This document shows positions 52,717 through 64,000 of a stretch of DNA of 64,000 bases, piece after piece. The stretch spans positions 57,915,741 through 57,979,740 of the forward strand of contig CM041465.1 of assembly GCA_023213395.1 (NCBI GenBank). Reading direction: 5' to 3'. Within the stretch, counting starts at the first letter, position 1. Each line of letters starts with the position of its first letter. The notes under the pieces were generated by a model. It did not search any database. It worked only from the letters and a program-made list of their open reading frames with translations, and was not told the DNA's origin. The DNA comes from Cycas panzhihuaensis. Lineage: Eukaryota > Plantae > Cycadophyta. Position numbers and translations under genes: made by a program.

Positions 52717-55323
52717 TGAGGTAACCTGGGCTGGTCACACTCGTGAATAAGAGATAGGGTTGGTTAAATATTCAATATCCAAGGGATAATTGATTATAAT
52801 TGATTCAATGATTGATAGGTTGATGATCGATATTATATATATGAATATATTTATACTCTAACTATGGAAGGATGTGTCCAATTAATAAATAGACATGACC
52901 CTTCACCAATTAATATGATTAGTTATGCATAATTACACCATTTAGGCTCACTACAAGCTTTCCCCTCTTGAAAGGCTTCGTCTTTGAAGGTTACTGGAAT
53001 GCCATAGCCCTCGTGCAAGTAGCATAATGTTGTATAGATTTGCAAGATTCACATGTTGATTTAAGTCATAACAGGAATGTTGAACATGTGATTCAAAAAA
53101 TGCTTTGTCTTGGATCTTCGTTAATCTTTTATTGAACCATGGCGTTATAGACCATTGTCTTCTGGCTTGATAGAATTTCTGGCTTTGTGATAGTTGCATG
53201 GTATACTCATTTATTAAGTGGATTGTTATTAAGACGTTCCAAGGAATCTTCCACTCAAAATTATGATTAGGTATCTTGATTTCCTAAGATCTTTGTCGAT
53301 TTTTTGTTGCATTTTGAATTTGAGCTAAGAAGATATCCAACACAATTTCTTCAACTTTTAAGGGAATAAAAGGAGTACTGGTGATGGTTCTCAAGCAAGT
53401 GATGGTAATTGGGCGATACTGAGGAGACCACACTATAAGATCCTTTTCCTGTATATTTATATCTGGTGTTGATTCTTCAAATTTGTCATCGTTAGTTATT
53501 AATCTTGAATTCTTGACATTGAGAGGTGTACTATATTTATTGTTACTAGTATCAGGAGTTAATTTTTCACTAGATGATTTATTATTCGATGGAAGGATCT
53601 GGCAAAATATTTTATCATTAGGTTTCTGTTTATCGACATCTTTAGTAGAAACCATGGAAATGATGTGAGGAATAGGGATATTTTGTTTTCGAATTCTCCA
53701 ATTGTTATCCTCATCTGCACGCGAAAGTGGGCTTTTTCGAACCTTCCAACTGTTGTCCATATCTACATGTGAAAGTGGTTGAATAAGTTGATATCCTTTT
53801 CCAAATTGTTTATGATATGGATGCTTCTTGGATATAGGAGACAAATTAGTTATTTTGCAAGTTATCTAATTTCCAATGATGGATTCATTTTTATCATAAT
53901 TTGATTCTTTTATCTTTGCATTTGTAACTTGATTTCTTACTAATACAGGTATTTGTTTGCTTTGATCTGTTGAAATTGCTTGCAGTTTAAATTCTCATTC
54001 TTGGTTGTTTATCACCTTCATTGATATGTTTGAATGTGCATCCTTTTCAAAGTTTATTAATTTTTTATTCTTTCTCAGCTGCTTGTTTTCTTTTTTGATT
54101 GCTGCCAACAATAATGCATCATTAAGGCTTATTAGTTTCGAAGACAAATCTAGTTCTGATTGATATTTGAATGTTGTTTGGTGAGGGGATTCTTTGCTTC
54201 CTTCATCTGCTTTTGACTTTACTAAATTTTCTTTAGGGCTCAATTCAATAATAAATTCTATTTGTACTTCAGTAACAGTGGTGTCATCTTCTTTAAATTG
54301 ACTTTTAAATGGCATTAAGAATAATTTCCAAGTTATAGTTTTATGATTCTCATTTTCTTGTTCTTGAGACTAATTTTGCCACTAGCTGAATGCCATTTTA
54401 TACATATGCAATGCAGCATATAATACTTTCTCTTCATCGTTTATAATGTTTTGATGTAAGAAAAAGTTTTCTAGCTCTTGTAACTAATCGAGAGCGCATT
54501 CTTTTAACCTATAGAATTGAGAGATGCTAAAATTTTACTTGATCTTCCAATTTGGCAAACATAGTTTGATATACTCGAATTTTGACATATCTTGTTTATA
54601 TACTAGATTTAGATAGTCCCATTCCTTCAAGTATTTGATAGAAAATAATCTATGGTAATGTTTTGACAGTAATATCAATTTTTTTTTTTTTGGTTATACT
54701 ATGGATGTTGTAAGAAGTGATAGAGGTTGCAATTTAAGTACTGATATAAAAGTGGGTAAGCCTACTAGTATCTCTGGACTAGATGGCAGAGCGACGGACA
54801 GGACAGTGGATCGAATGTTTCTATGTTGACTGTCCCTCCTCAATCTCAACGTAACACCTAGTAATCTTTGATGGCTATGATTTAGATGACAAAGAGATAT
54901 GTAGTTCTCTGTCTAGCATAATATGCACCCAACTATGCAAGGACTATTGTTTGATTTTATGAAAATATATTAAAGATTGTGTATTCCGTTGCAACGTGAA
55001 TACACAAATATATTCTTTGAATCACAAAAATATTTTTTGAATTCCATTGTTGTGGATGTGTAGTGTTCTTATGCTTTTCTTGGTTGACCAATAAATACAA
55101 CTATTAGTATGTCTTTTGAATTAGATGAACCTTCATTGATTATATGTTACACTATGAATGTATGGGATCTAGTTGCTTCCCAATTTAAGCCTAATTGGTA
55201 TAGAGTGAAAGTATATATATAAAGTAAATATATATAATGTAATTGTTATTGACTCTAACAATCACTTACAGACTATGTAAAAGTTTGACCATTTAGAGGT
55301 GTTCCAAGAAGCCAGTCTTAAAT
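52717..55323 (-). mobile_element. gag-only Ty3/Gypsy-derived element, 3' part; probably continues right of 61874
   Basis: Minus-strand PPT AAGAGGGGAAAGCT, then LTR TGTAGTG...CCTCA (52955->52717); gag motif ELENFF...EEKVLYAALHM...W at ~54380-54480; no pol. Confidence 0.6.
52951..54520 (-). pseudogene. Gypsy gag N-terminal domain fused to an unrecognised low-complexity C-terminal region
   Basis: Disrupted reading frame that includes ORF pieces 53995-54315, 53284-53844 and 52951-53199. Confidence 0.55.
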
Positions 55324-56234
55324 TGATCCAGGAGGATCTACCATATGTTTACAGGATGCGGAAAATGCTAGGCATTGGCATAACTGAAAGAGATATGGCC
55401 AAATGGTATCAAAATTATATGAAATTTGGTGTAAAGGTAGAAGACACATCCCACTAGATGTGTACAAAAGGTGGGGTTCATAAAATATCATTTGATTAGA
55501 GTTCAAGCCTTGTTTTGCATAAAATTAATCCCACAGCTAGCAGAAAAAAATAGCAAATACATATTATCATTAAATGAATAAAAATGTGGTCAAATGACAT
55601 CCAAATGAGCTAAAATTTTGAGGAAGCAGAAGGGACATATGTTCTTATACGTGTACCAAATTTGAGCCAAATTGGAGTCCGTTAAGATTAGTTACAAGCT
55701 GCAACTTTTTAAGAATTGCATGAAGGCCACTTGGACAATATGCATTTTGGTGGTTAGTGGTTATACTTAAATGTTTGCCACTTGTTAAACATGCAATTTT
55801 GGTTTCTTTCTATAAATTGAGCCCTATTACGGGTTGGAGAAGTAGTTCTTGGAGGTGAAAGGCACTTGACTTGGGAAGCATCCTTGGAGAAGCATTTTGG
55901 AGGGTTGGAGTCCCCCTTATGGTATAATTGTATCATTTATTCCTTGTAATTTTACCATTCTTTTGCTAGTTGATTTCTCCACCATTAAATGGAGATTTTC
56001 ATAGTTTAATAAAAGTACTACTCCTCATAGTTTTGGATCAATGTCAAGAATAAATGATTTGGTGTAGAATTTCCTTTCGTGGGCTCATTGTTGTTTTGAT
56101 GTTATTGAGATTTCTACACTAACTCCTAGGATCTCAAGGAGAAAAGGTTGATAATTGACTTCTTCACCAACTAAGCTCTATTTTGGGATCATATTTTGGT
56201 ATCAGAGCCTGTGATCTTTGTTGTAGGGACTTGA

Positions 56235-57557
56235 ATGGTACAAACAAGGAAAGGATACAAAGAAAAAGGTGAAGACTTTCTTGTGTTGCAATCACCAAGA
56301 AGACAAAGAAAGAATCCAAGCACCATGGCTGAAAAAGAAGATGGAGAAATTAGATTTGAAAAGCTTGAGAAGAACGTAGAAGCCTTGATGCAAATGATGA
56401 CCCAACTTCCACCTCTAGTCAAGGGAAAAGGCAAAAAGGAAGTTGAAGGAGGATCCACATATGACCACAACCATGAAGAGGAAGAGGAGGAGACCTTAAA
56501 GCACTCTTTTGAAGAAAGCAAGGGTACTTCATCTCATCAACCTTTCAAGGTGGAGGCAAAGTTGGATATTCCAACTTATGATGGAGAGGTAAATGCTGAA
56601 AAGTTGGACCATTGGTTGGATCAACTTGAAACCTACTTCATAATTTATGCTGATAGTAATGCTCAAAAGCTTTCATTTGCTAGGCTCAAGTTGTGTAAAC
56701 ATGCATTGACATGGTGGAATGCATATTTGAAGACTCATGATGTATCTTCTTTTTTATGGATGGATTTTAAGAAAATAATAAAGAAGCAATACTACCCCAT
56801 AGGTTATGAGGAAGACCAATGGGTCACTTGGCAATATTTATGCCAAGGGAGAGGTGTAAGTGTCCAAGACTATACTTCTTTATTTTTTAGGCATGGCATG
56901 CTACATGGTATTAATATAAATGAACATGTCACTCTTATGAAATTCATTGGAGGATTACATGAATACATAAGGAGGGAACTAAGGCTTTTTAAGGTTCAAT
57001 CCATTGGAGAAGCAAGTAGAATGGCTATGGCAATAGAAAGTAAAAGCAAGAAATCTACATTCATGTCTAAAGATTCTACTTTTACTTCTAATAAGTATGA
57101 AAATAATCCTAAATTGCACTCATCTAAAAGGCAAGAAGGAAAGAAGAAAAGAACTAATTTTGTTAAAAGTTCTAACTATTGTGAGCATTGTGACATTAGC
57201 GATCATATTACAGCAAAGTGTTGGAAGTTGCATCCAGAGCTAAAGCAAAAGCATATCAAGGATATAGAATTAAGAAAGAAGGAAAAAGGGAAAGCACTAC
57301 TTTCTGAGGTGGAGATTCAAAGTGAAGGAGAAGAAGAGAAGGTTACTCTACTTACAAATTATGAAGATGATGCTACAAGGGAGGAACTATTTCACTTGAA
57401 GCTTCAAGTAGGAAATAGTATGATTGGTGCCATTATAGATCCGGGGAGCCAAAAGAATTTGATCTCAGAAAGTTTGGTAAAGAGCATTGGGTTGGTAACT
57501 ACTCCTCACCCTCACCCATATCCTCTTGGTTGGATCCATAAAGATGTGGAAATGTAA
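56235..57557 (+). CDS. Gypsy gag plus start of protease (premature stop)
   Basis: KLDIPTYDGE...WLDQLETYF; CEHCDISDHITAKCWKLHP zinc knuckle; IIDPGSQ. Confidence 0.9.
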   Translation: MVQTRKGYKEKGEDFLVLQSPRRQRKNPSTMAEKEDGEIRFEKLEKNVEALMQMMTQLPPLVKGKGKKEVEGGSTYDHNHEEEEEETLKHSFEESKGTSSHQPFKVEAKLDIPTYDGEVNAEKLDHWLDQLETYFIIYADSNAQKLSFARLKLCKHALTWWNAYLKTHDVSSFLWMDFKKIIKKQYYPIGYEEDQWVTWQYLCQGRGVSVQDYTSLFFRHGMLHGININEHVTLMKFIGGLHEYIRRELRLFKVQSIGEASRMAMAIESKSKKSTFMSKDSTFTSNKYENNPKLHSSKRQEGKKKRTNFVKSSNYCEHCDISDHITAKCWKLHPELKQKHIKDIELRKKEKGKALLSEVEIQSEGEEEKVTLLTNYEDDATREELFHLKLQVGNSMIGAIIDPGSQKNLISESLVKSIGLVTTPHPHPYPLGWIHKDVEM

Positions 57558-57802
57558 ATATCAAAGCAATGTACACTTAAATTTTCCATCACTAATGATT
57601 TTGTTGATGAAGTAATATGTGATGTTGTGCCATTAGATGTATGCCATGCTGTGCTTGGAAGTCCCTACTTGTGGGATCGAGATGCACTCTTCTATCGAAG
57701 GGAGAGAAAGTATCGGTTGATGAAGGATAACAAGGGCTTCATCATAAAGGCCACAAAGAAGCACTTGGAATAGCATTAATTTCAGCTACTCAAGCAAAAA
57801 GG

Positions 57803-60769
57803 ATGATCAATGCATGTGGTAAATTTGTCATCTTAATGGTAAGGAGAAAAGAAGAGCCAGGAGATGAAGAAGGTCCTTCTACTCACACTCTTCTTATATC
57901 ACCTAAACAAATGCAACAAATTGAGGAGTTAAAGACAAGGTATGATATTCTATTTCAACATGTTGATGGGCTACCACCAAAGAGAAAGATAGAGCATGAA
58001 ATCACTCTTGTAGGAGATGCACCATTGCCTAATGTTGCTTTGTATAGGCACTCCATTGTAGAGAATAATGAGATAAAGAGGCAAGTTGAGGAGTTGCTTA
58101 ATCAAGGGATCATAAGACCTTCATGTTCACCTTGTGGGTCACCAATTGTCTTGGTACCTAAGAAGGATGGAGGATGGAGAATGTGTATAGACTTTCGTGC
58201 TTTGAATAAAATTACAATTAAAAATCGCTACCCTTTGCCTCGCATAGATGATTTGCTTGATCAAATTCAGCATGCTTGTTATTTTACTAAGTTGGATTTG
58301 AAAAGCGGTTATCACCAAGTTAGGGTCAAGGAGGAGGACACATGGAAGACGACCTTCAAAACAAAGCAAGGACTCTTTGAGTGGATGGTTATGCCTTTCG
58401 GATTGTGTAATGCTCCTGCAACATTTATGAGGCTAATGAATGAAATGTTAAGGCCTTACTTGGATAATTTTGTTGTTGTCTATCTTGATGACATTTTGAT
58501 TTTCAGCAACACATGGGAGGAACATTTGCAGCACATAGAAGAAGTTTTAAAGACTATGGCTAAGCATCATTTGAAGCTTAATGTGAAGAAGTGTGAATTT
58601 GGCAAGGAGAACTTGATCTTCTTAGGCTTTGCGGTTGGAGGAGGAAAGTTGAGCATCAATCCACTCAAGACTCAAGCCATCCTCAAATGGCCTAGGCCAA
58701 CAAACATCACAGAGGTGAGAAGTTTTTGAGGAGCTTATCAATACTTGAGAAAGTTTATTCTTCATTTCTCACAGGCTGCAGCACCTCTACATGGATTGAC
58801 AAAATCTAGTAAAAAGTTTACTTGGGGTTCCAAGGAGGAAGAAGCTTTTCTTCTTTTAAAGAAGAAAATTTGTGAAGCACCGGTTTTGGCAATGCCAAAT
58901 TTGCAAAGGCCTTTTGAAGTAGAAGCTGATGCAAGTGGAAATGCGATGGGAGCTGTCCTTATTCAAGATGGGAAGCCTATTGCTTACCATTCAGAAGTCT
59001 TCACCCCTCAAGTGAAGAACTACCCAATATATGATCGAGAAATATTCGCACTTCATCAAGCATGCAAGCATTGGAGGTCATACTTACTCGAAAAAGAGGT
59101 TGTAGTTCATACCGATCATAAGCCTCTTCAATTTTTACAAACCCAAAGTAAATTACAGCAAGCAAGATACATGAAGTGGATGAGTTATTTACAACAATTC
59201 AATATTGTAATTAAGTACAAAAAGGGATCTAATAACAAAATTGCTGATATGTTATCTAGACCACCTTGTTCCACTTCTTCTTCTACTTTTGTTTGTAGTT
59301 CTCTTATGAGTTTGGTGTGGAACCAATGCATCATGAAGAGTACAAAGACTTGTACCATGAAGATGAAGCTTTGAAGGAAGAATTAGAGAACCTAGCGAAA
59401 GGAAGACCTTCCCTTTTGCTTGGAAGGGTGGTCTACTTTTCAAAGGGGAGCAGCTCTATGTTCCATCAAAAGGAGACAAGATCAAGTGGCTTAAAGAAGC
59501 CCATACTTCGAAAGTAGCTGGTCACTTTGGTATAGGGAAAACTTTAGCAAACTTGAGAAGATATGTTGTATTGCCAAAAATGCAAAATGATGTAAAAAAA
59601 TATGTAAAAGGATGTGTAATGTGTAATACTTCTAAGCCTTCTTCTAGAAAATTAGGATTGTATACACCACTTCCTATTCCCACTAGACCTTGGGAAAGCA
59701 TCTCCATTGATTTCTTAGGGGGACTTCCCATGACTAGGAAGGGACATGATTATCTCTTTGTTGTTGTAGATAGGTTTAGTAAAATGATATGTCTAATACC
59801 TTGTAAGAAGACAAACACAGGTACAGGAGCAGCTGAGTTATTCTTCAAGCATCTATGGAAGAATTTTGGCTTGCCTTCTTCCATCATTTTAGATCAGGAC
59901 ACTCGATTCCTTTCATCATTTTGGAAGTCACTATGGGAGATGATGGATACCAAATTGAAGAGGAGTACAAGTTTCCATCCTCAAACAGATGGACAAACCG
60001 AAGTAGTGAATAGAACTTTGGTATATTTATTGAGGGGATACAATTCCAAGCATCCAAAGACTTGGGATGAATCATTGGCTTTTCTACAATTTGCATTTAA
60101 TAGAGCAATGCATGCATCACACTCTAAAGCACCTTTTGAAGTTTGTTTGGGATACTTACCTCAAAGTCCATTTGACTTAGAGTTTTCCATGCAAGCTAAG
60201 GAAGGATCTGTCAAAGAGGAGGAGGAGCATGACAAGGCTTTAAGAAGATCCAGAGAGTCCACAAAGAAGTACATGATCAACTTCTAAGGACTCAACAAAA
60301 GTACAAGGAAAGACATGACAAGCATAGGCAAGAGTGTACTTTTCAAGAAGGAGATTTAGTATGGTTATACTTGAGCAAGGAGAGGTTAAAAGGAAAAGGC
60401 AAGGAACTCAAACCTATAAGGTATGGACCATTTAAGATTTTGAGAAAAGTAGGTGGCAATGCTTTCCAACTTGATCTTTCACCTTATATGCAAATATATT
60501 CAGTAGTAAATGCTGAATACTTAAAACTCTTTAAGCCCTCCATGCTAGATGAGGAACAAGACCAGTTCACTTTACCTTCAGTTGATGATTTGTATTTGGA
60601 AAGTGAGGAGTCTCTCAAGGAAGATTGTATCTTGGAGAGAAAATCTACCAAAACAAGACATAAGACACATGAATCTTTCAGGATTAGAGTCGCAGGGCAA
60701 TTGCCTAGTAAGGCCAAGTGGTTTAGTAGGCAACAAGGAGAACAACACTTCCCCCATCTCCAATTCTAA
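57803..60769 (+). pseudogene. Gypsy pol (RT, RNase H, integrase, chromodomain-like tail) with a few frameshifts
   Basis: YPLPRIDDL, MPFGLCNAPATF, YLDDIL; EADASG; GH.G..KT...CVMC, SFHPQTDGQTE, YGPFKI; tail EDCILERK...AGQLPSKAKW. Confidence 0.95.
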
Positions 60770-61025
60770 GCCAAACAGGAGTTGGCTATTTTCCAAGGAA
60801 GGGGGAGCCATGATCCAGGAGGATCTACTATATGTTTACAGGATGCGGAAAATGCTAGGCATTGGCATAACTGAAAGAGATATGGCCAAATGGTATCAAA
60901 ATTATATGAAATTTTGTGTAAAGGTAGAAGACACATCCCACTAGATGTGTACAAAAGGTGGGGTTCAGAAAATATCATTTGATTAGAGTTCAAGCCTTGT
61001 TTTGCATAAAATTAATCCCACAGCT

Positions 61026-61415
61026 AGCAGAAAAAAACAGCAAATACATATTATCATTAAATGAATAAAAATGTGGTCAAATGACATCCAAATGAGCTAA
61101 AATTCTGAGGAAGCGGAGGAGACGTGTTCCTATACGTGTACCAAATTTGAGCTGAATTGGAGTCGGTTAAGGTCAGTTACAAGCCGCAACTTTTAAGAAT
61201 TACATGAAGGCCACTTGGACAGCAGAAAAACAACAAATACATATTATCATTAAATGAATAAAAATGCAGCCAAATGACATCCAAAGGAGCTAAAATTTTG
61301 AGGAAGCGGAAGGGACGTGTTCCTATATGTGTACCAAATTTGAGCCAAATTAGAGTCCGTTAAGATTAGTTACAAGCTGCAACTTTTTAAGAATCGCATG
61401 AAGGCCACTTGGACA
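61026..61415. repeat. Two ~195-bp tandem units in the 3' LTR (a single unit in the 5' LTR)
   Basis: AGCAGAAAAA...GGCCACTTGGAC at 61026 and 61221. Confidence 0.9.
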
Positions 61416-62433
61416 ACATGCATTCTGGTGGTTAGTGGTTATACTTGCATGTTTGCCACTTGTTAAACATGCAATTTTGGTTTCTTTCTATAAATTGAGC
61501 CCTATTACAGGTTGGAGAAGTAGTTCTTGGAGGTGAAAGGCACTTGACTTGGGAAGCATCCTTGGAGAAGCATTTTGGAGGGTTGGAGTCCCCCTTATGG
61601 TATAATTGTATCATTTATTCCTTGTAATTTTACTATTCTTTTGCTAGTTGATTTCTCCACCATTAAATGGAGATTTTCATAGTTTAATAAAAGTACTACT
61701 CCTCATACTTTTGGATCAATGTCAAGAATAAATGATTTGGTGTAGAATTTCCTTTTGTGGGCTCATTGTTGTTTTGATGTTATTGGGATTTCTACACTAA
61801 CTCCTAGGATCTCAAGGAGAAAAGGTTGATAATTGACTTCTTCACCAACTAAGCTCTATTTTGGGATCATAAATAAAAGAATTGTTATGACTACACGTAA
61901 GAATTTGATGACTGGTAGGGAGACCAATTGACCACCTCGTGCTATGAGCAAAACTATTAATGTCGAATATCAACCCAATGTCCAATTTTTCACGCACCAC
62001 GGATGGTTGGAAATATTAATGCGCTATGTTAGAATTATCAACGCGCTACGATTGCTTAATATTAACGTGTTATTAATGCCAAATATCAAAACTCACTTGA
62101 TTATGGATTGGTATGTATTGGCACCAAAATATCGATTGATTGTTTAGGGAATCAGCACCGTAGAGGTACGAATGATTATATTTGTGCAGAGAATCCATAG
62201 CTGGAGCAACCTAAGATTTTAAATCGTCATGCAGACTCACACGCAACTCAGACTAAAGTGTTGGAGTGTATTGCGTATATAATATTAATAGCACTATAAA
62301 TTACATAGACGATTATTACGCAATCGTAATTATTATTATAATATCAACGATTATTACGAATACTATTATCGTATAGTGTAGGTCATAGGAGACAAGGTAA
62401 GCCTTAAGCAACTTTGGCGCTTCCTGCGTTCCC

Positions 62434-62530
62434 AGTCGACAGTCTGCAATCTATTCGAATTGGCAACTCGATCTCTCCATTACTAGTCGATAGTCTGCAA
62501 TCTATTTGAATTGGCAACTCGGTCTCTCCA
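62434..62530. repeat. Direct repeat, period 51 bp, 2 copies
   Basis: AGTCGA(C/T)AGTCTGCAATCTATT(C/T)GAATTGGCAACTCG(A/G)TCTCTCCA at 62434 and 62485. Confidence 0.9.
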
Positions 62531-63364
62531 GAATGCAATTTATGTGCAATTCGAATTGTCGCATATACAAACATATGTGCAAAAGGTGTGATGTGTAGAC
62601 TGAAGGAGCGCATATATAGCAGTCGCCTTCAATGAATAATTTAATGAATGATGCGTATATTTTTTTCTAACAACTCGGCCAATGAAGTGACCTTTTATGT
62701 AATAGTAGCGATTGAATATAAAAGGCGACACCGAATTATTCACTCTATCATAGTATTATATAATATATTGTTTGAACTACAAATGGGTCAGACGAACAAA
62801 CAAATCGAGCATACTGGCCTGGTAATGGACAATGGCTGAAACAATGTATAACACGGTGAATAAGTAAAGACAACGAATTGAAAATGAATGCCTTCGGTGG
62901 AGAAGGGCGGTAGATGGACAGAGACTATAGATGGACAAGGAACAGGGCGATGAAATAAGAGGAGGCAAATGACTGACAATAAATACGATGAGAAAGCGCT
63001 AACTATGGCACAGCGCAGGCGATGCAGACGAGGTTGATCAGATTGAAGGAGCGAGTTCAATTCTACTAACTCCAGTCAATAATAATTAAGAGCTTTAAAA
63101 TTAGCAAGAGATCTGAAACTACGTCTATAAGTAGATAGCTAGCAAGATGCAGAAGCAAAATTCCAACAAACCCTTACATTGAAAAATATGTTAATATTAA
63201 TGCAGAATATTGTGTTGAAAATATGCTAGTTGTGTAACAGTTTACAACGCAAATATAGCGTGTTAAATAATTCAGATTGTCACAGCGTCTATCTCAACCA
63301 GGCAGGAACAAATTGAATTCGGATTTTCAAACGAATACGATACGGGTGTCACAGTGTGATACAA

Positions 63365-63366
<2 letters not shown>

Positions 63367-63417
<51 letters not shown>
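63367..63417. repeat. (CT)n(AT)n microsatellite
   Basis: Directly visible. Confidence 0.95.
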
Positions 63418-63418
<1 letters not shown>

Positions 63419-63515
63419 TGAGATCTATATATTTTTTCAAATGTAAAAAGCCAGAGACGACTGTGATTATTCTTAAAGTGTAATTGTCTACTTTCGCAAT
63501 TTATATATTTGTTGC

Positions 63516-63577
63516 TTCAACACTTGATAGGTGAATTAATTGGTGTTCAACACTTGATAGGTGAATTAATTGGTGTT
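63516..63577. repeat. Perfect 30-bp tandem duplication
   Basis: TTCAACACTTGATAGGTGAATTAATTGGTG x2. Confidence 0.95.
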
Positions 63578-63904
63578 TGGGTGGTTGTTTTGATGAATGC
63601 AAATGATTAAGAGCAGGTATATGCGCTCTTTTCTAGATATGGTAGGATATAAATGTCAAGCTAATAATGCGACTGCTCACCACGATATCACTACTTATAA
63701 GAATGAATATGGCGACTTTCTTGGATATAATATTAGGCAGAATATGAATAGATATTGGTAGAATATGAGTTGGCAAGCAATTTGTACTATTCAATAGGAC
63801 TACGAGTGAATGTGAAGCAAGCTAAGTGATTCTATTTATAGCATATTCCACTCCAGCACCATTTGTAGATTCAATTATGATGGCAATGAATTGGTCAAGA
63901 TAGA

Positions 63905-63917
63905 GTGTGTGTGTGTA

Positions 63918-63959
<42 letters not shown>
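63905..63959. repeat. (GT)n(AT)n microsatellite
   Basis: Directly visible. Confidence 0.95.
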
Positions 63960-63963
<4 letters not shown>

Positions 63964-64000
63964 CTACAATAGCACTTCAATGACCTTTGAGAACAAAAGA

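Larger units (their letters stand above)
55324..61869 (+). mobile_element. Near-complete Ty3/Gypsy of the CRM (centromeric retrotransposon) clade
   Basis: LTRs 55324-56191 and 60811-61869 (TGATCC..GGATCA); exact TSD TAAAT; PBS TGGTATCAGAGC (56197-56208); PPT AAGGAAGGGGGAG; CRM-like protease context (IIDPGSQKNLIS...HPHPYPLGWI). Confidence 0.95.

Noticed and set aside
62434-63577. CRISPR-like repeats
   Set aside because: Only two-copy tandem duplications without unique spacers; eukaryotic context with no cas genes.
63590-63900. Partner LTR of the 35097 element
   Set aside because: Only the first ~25 bp look vaguely similar; no adjacent PBS.

Overview
AT-rich plant genomic DNA. The element families and very long intron suggest a large-genome gymnosperm, though this is inference. 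One host gene is present: the last eight coding exons (34867->31723, minus strand, all GT-AG, 1764 nt in one open frame) of a chloroplast CRM-domain group II intron splicing factor of the CRS1/CFM subfamily. Its 5' exons are absent, so 34868-64000 is probably an intron of at least 29 kb. That stretch holds a nest about five layers deep: a noncoding LTR element, a 322-bp SMART/TRIM, a small LTR element carrying an intronless host A1 aspartic protease fragment, two Copia elements, a gag-only Gypsy and a near-complete CRM-clade Gypsy. Downstream of the gene (1-30754) is an older nest. A decayed Gypsy hosts a Copia (itself containing an internally deleted Ogre/Tat element), a SINE, a solo LTR and a gag-only Copia; a chromovirus, a LINE fragment and a gag-PR-chromodomain element lie alongside. 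Most boundaries were set from TG..CA ends, PBS, PPT and 5-bp target-site duplications (TSDs) read directly from the sequence. The most notable points are the host-protease capture, a set of RT-less LTR elements with patchwork leaders, the miniature retroelement, and the CFM1/CFM2 hybrid architecture with a duplicated splice donor. There are no rRNA, tRNA or CRISPR features. No database searches were run, so family names rest on recalled motifs.
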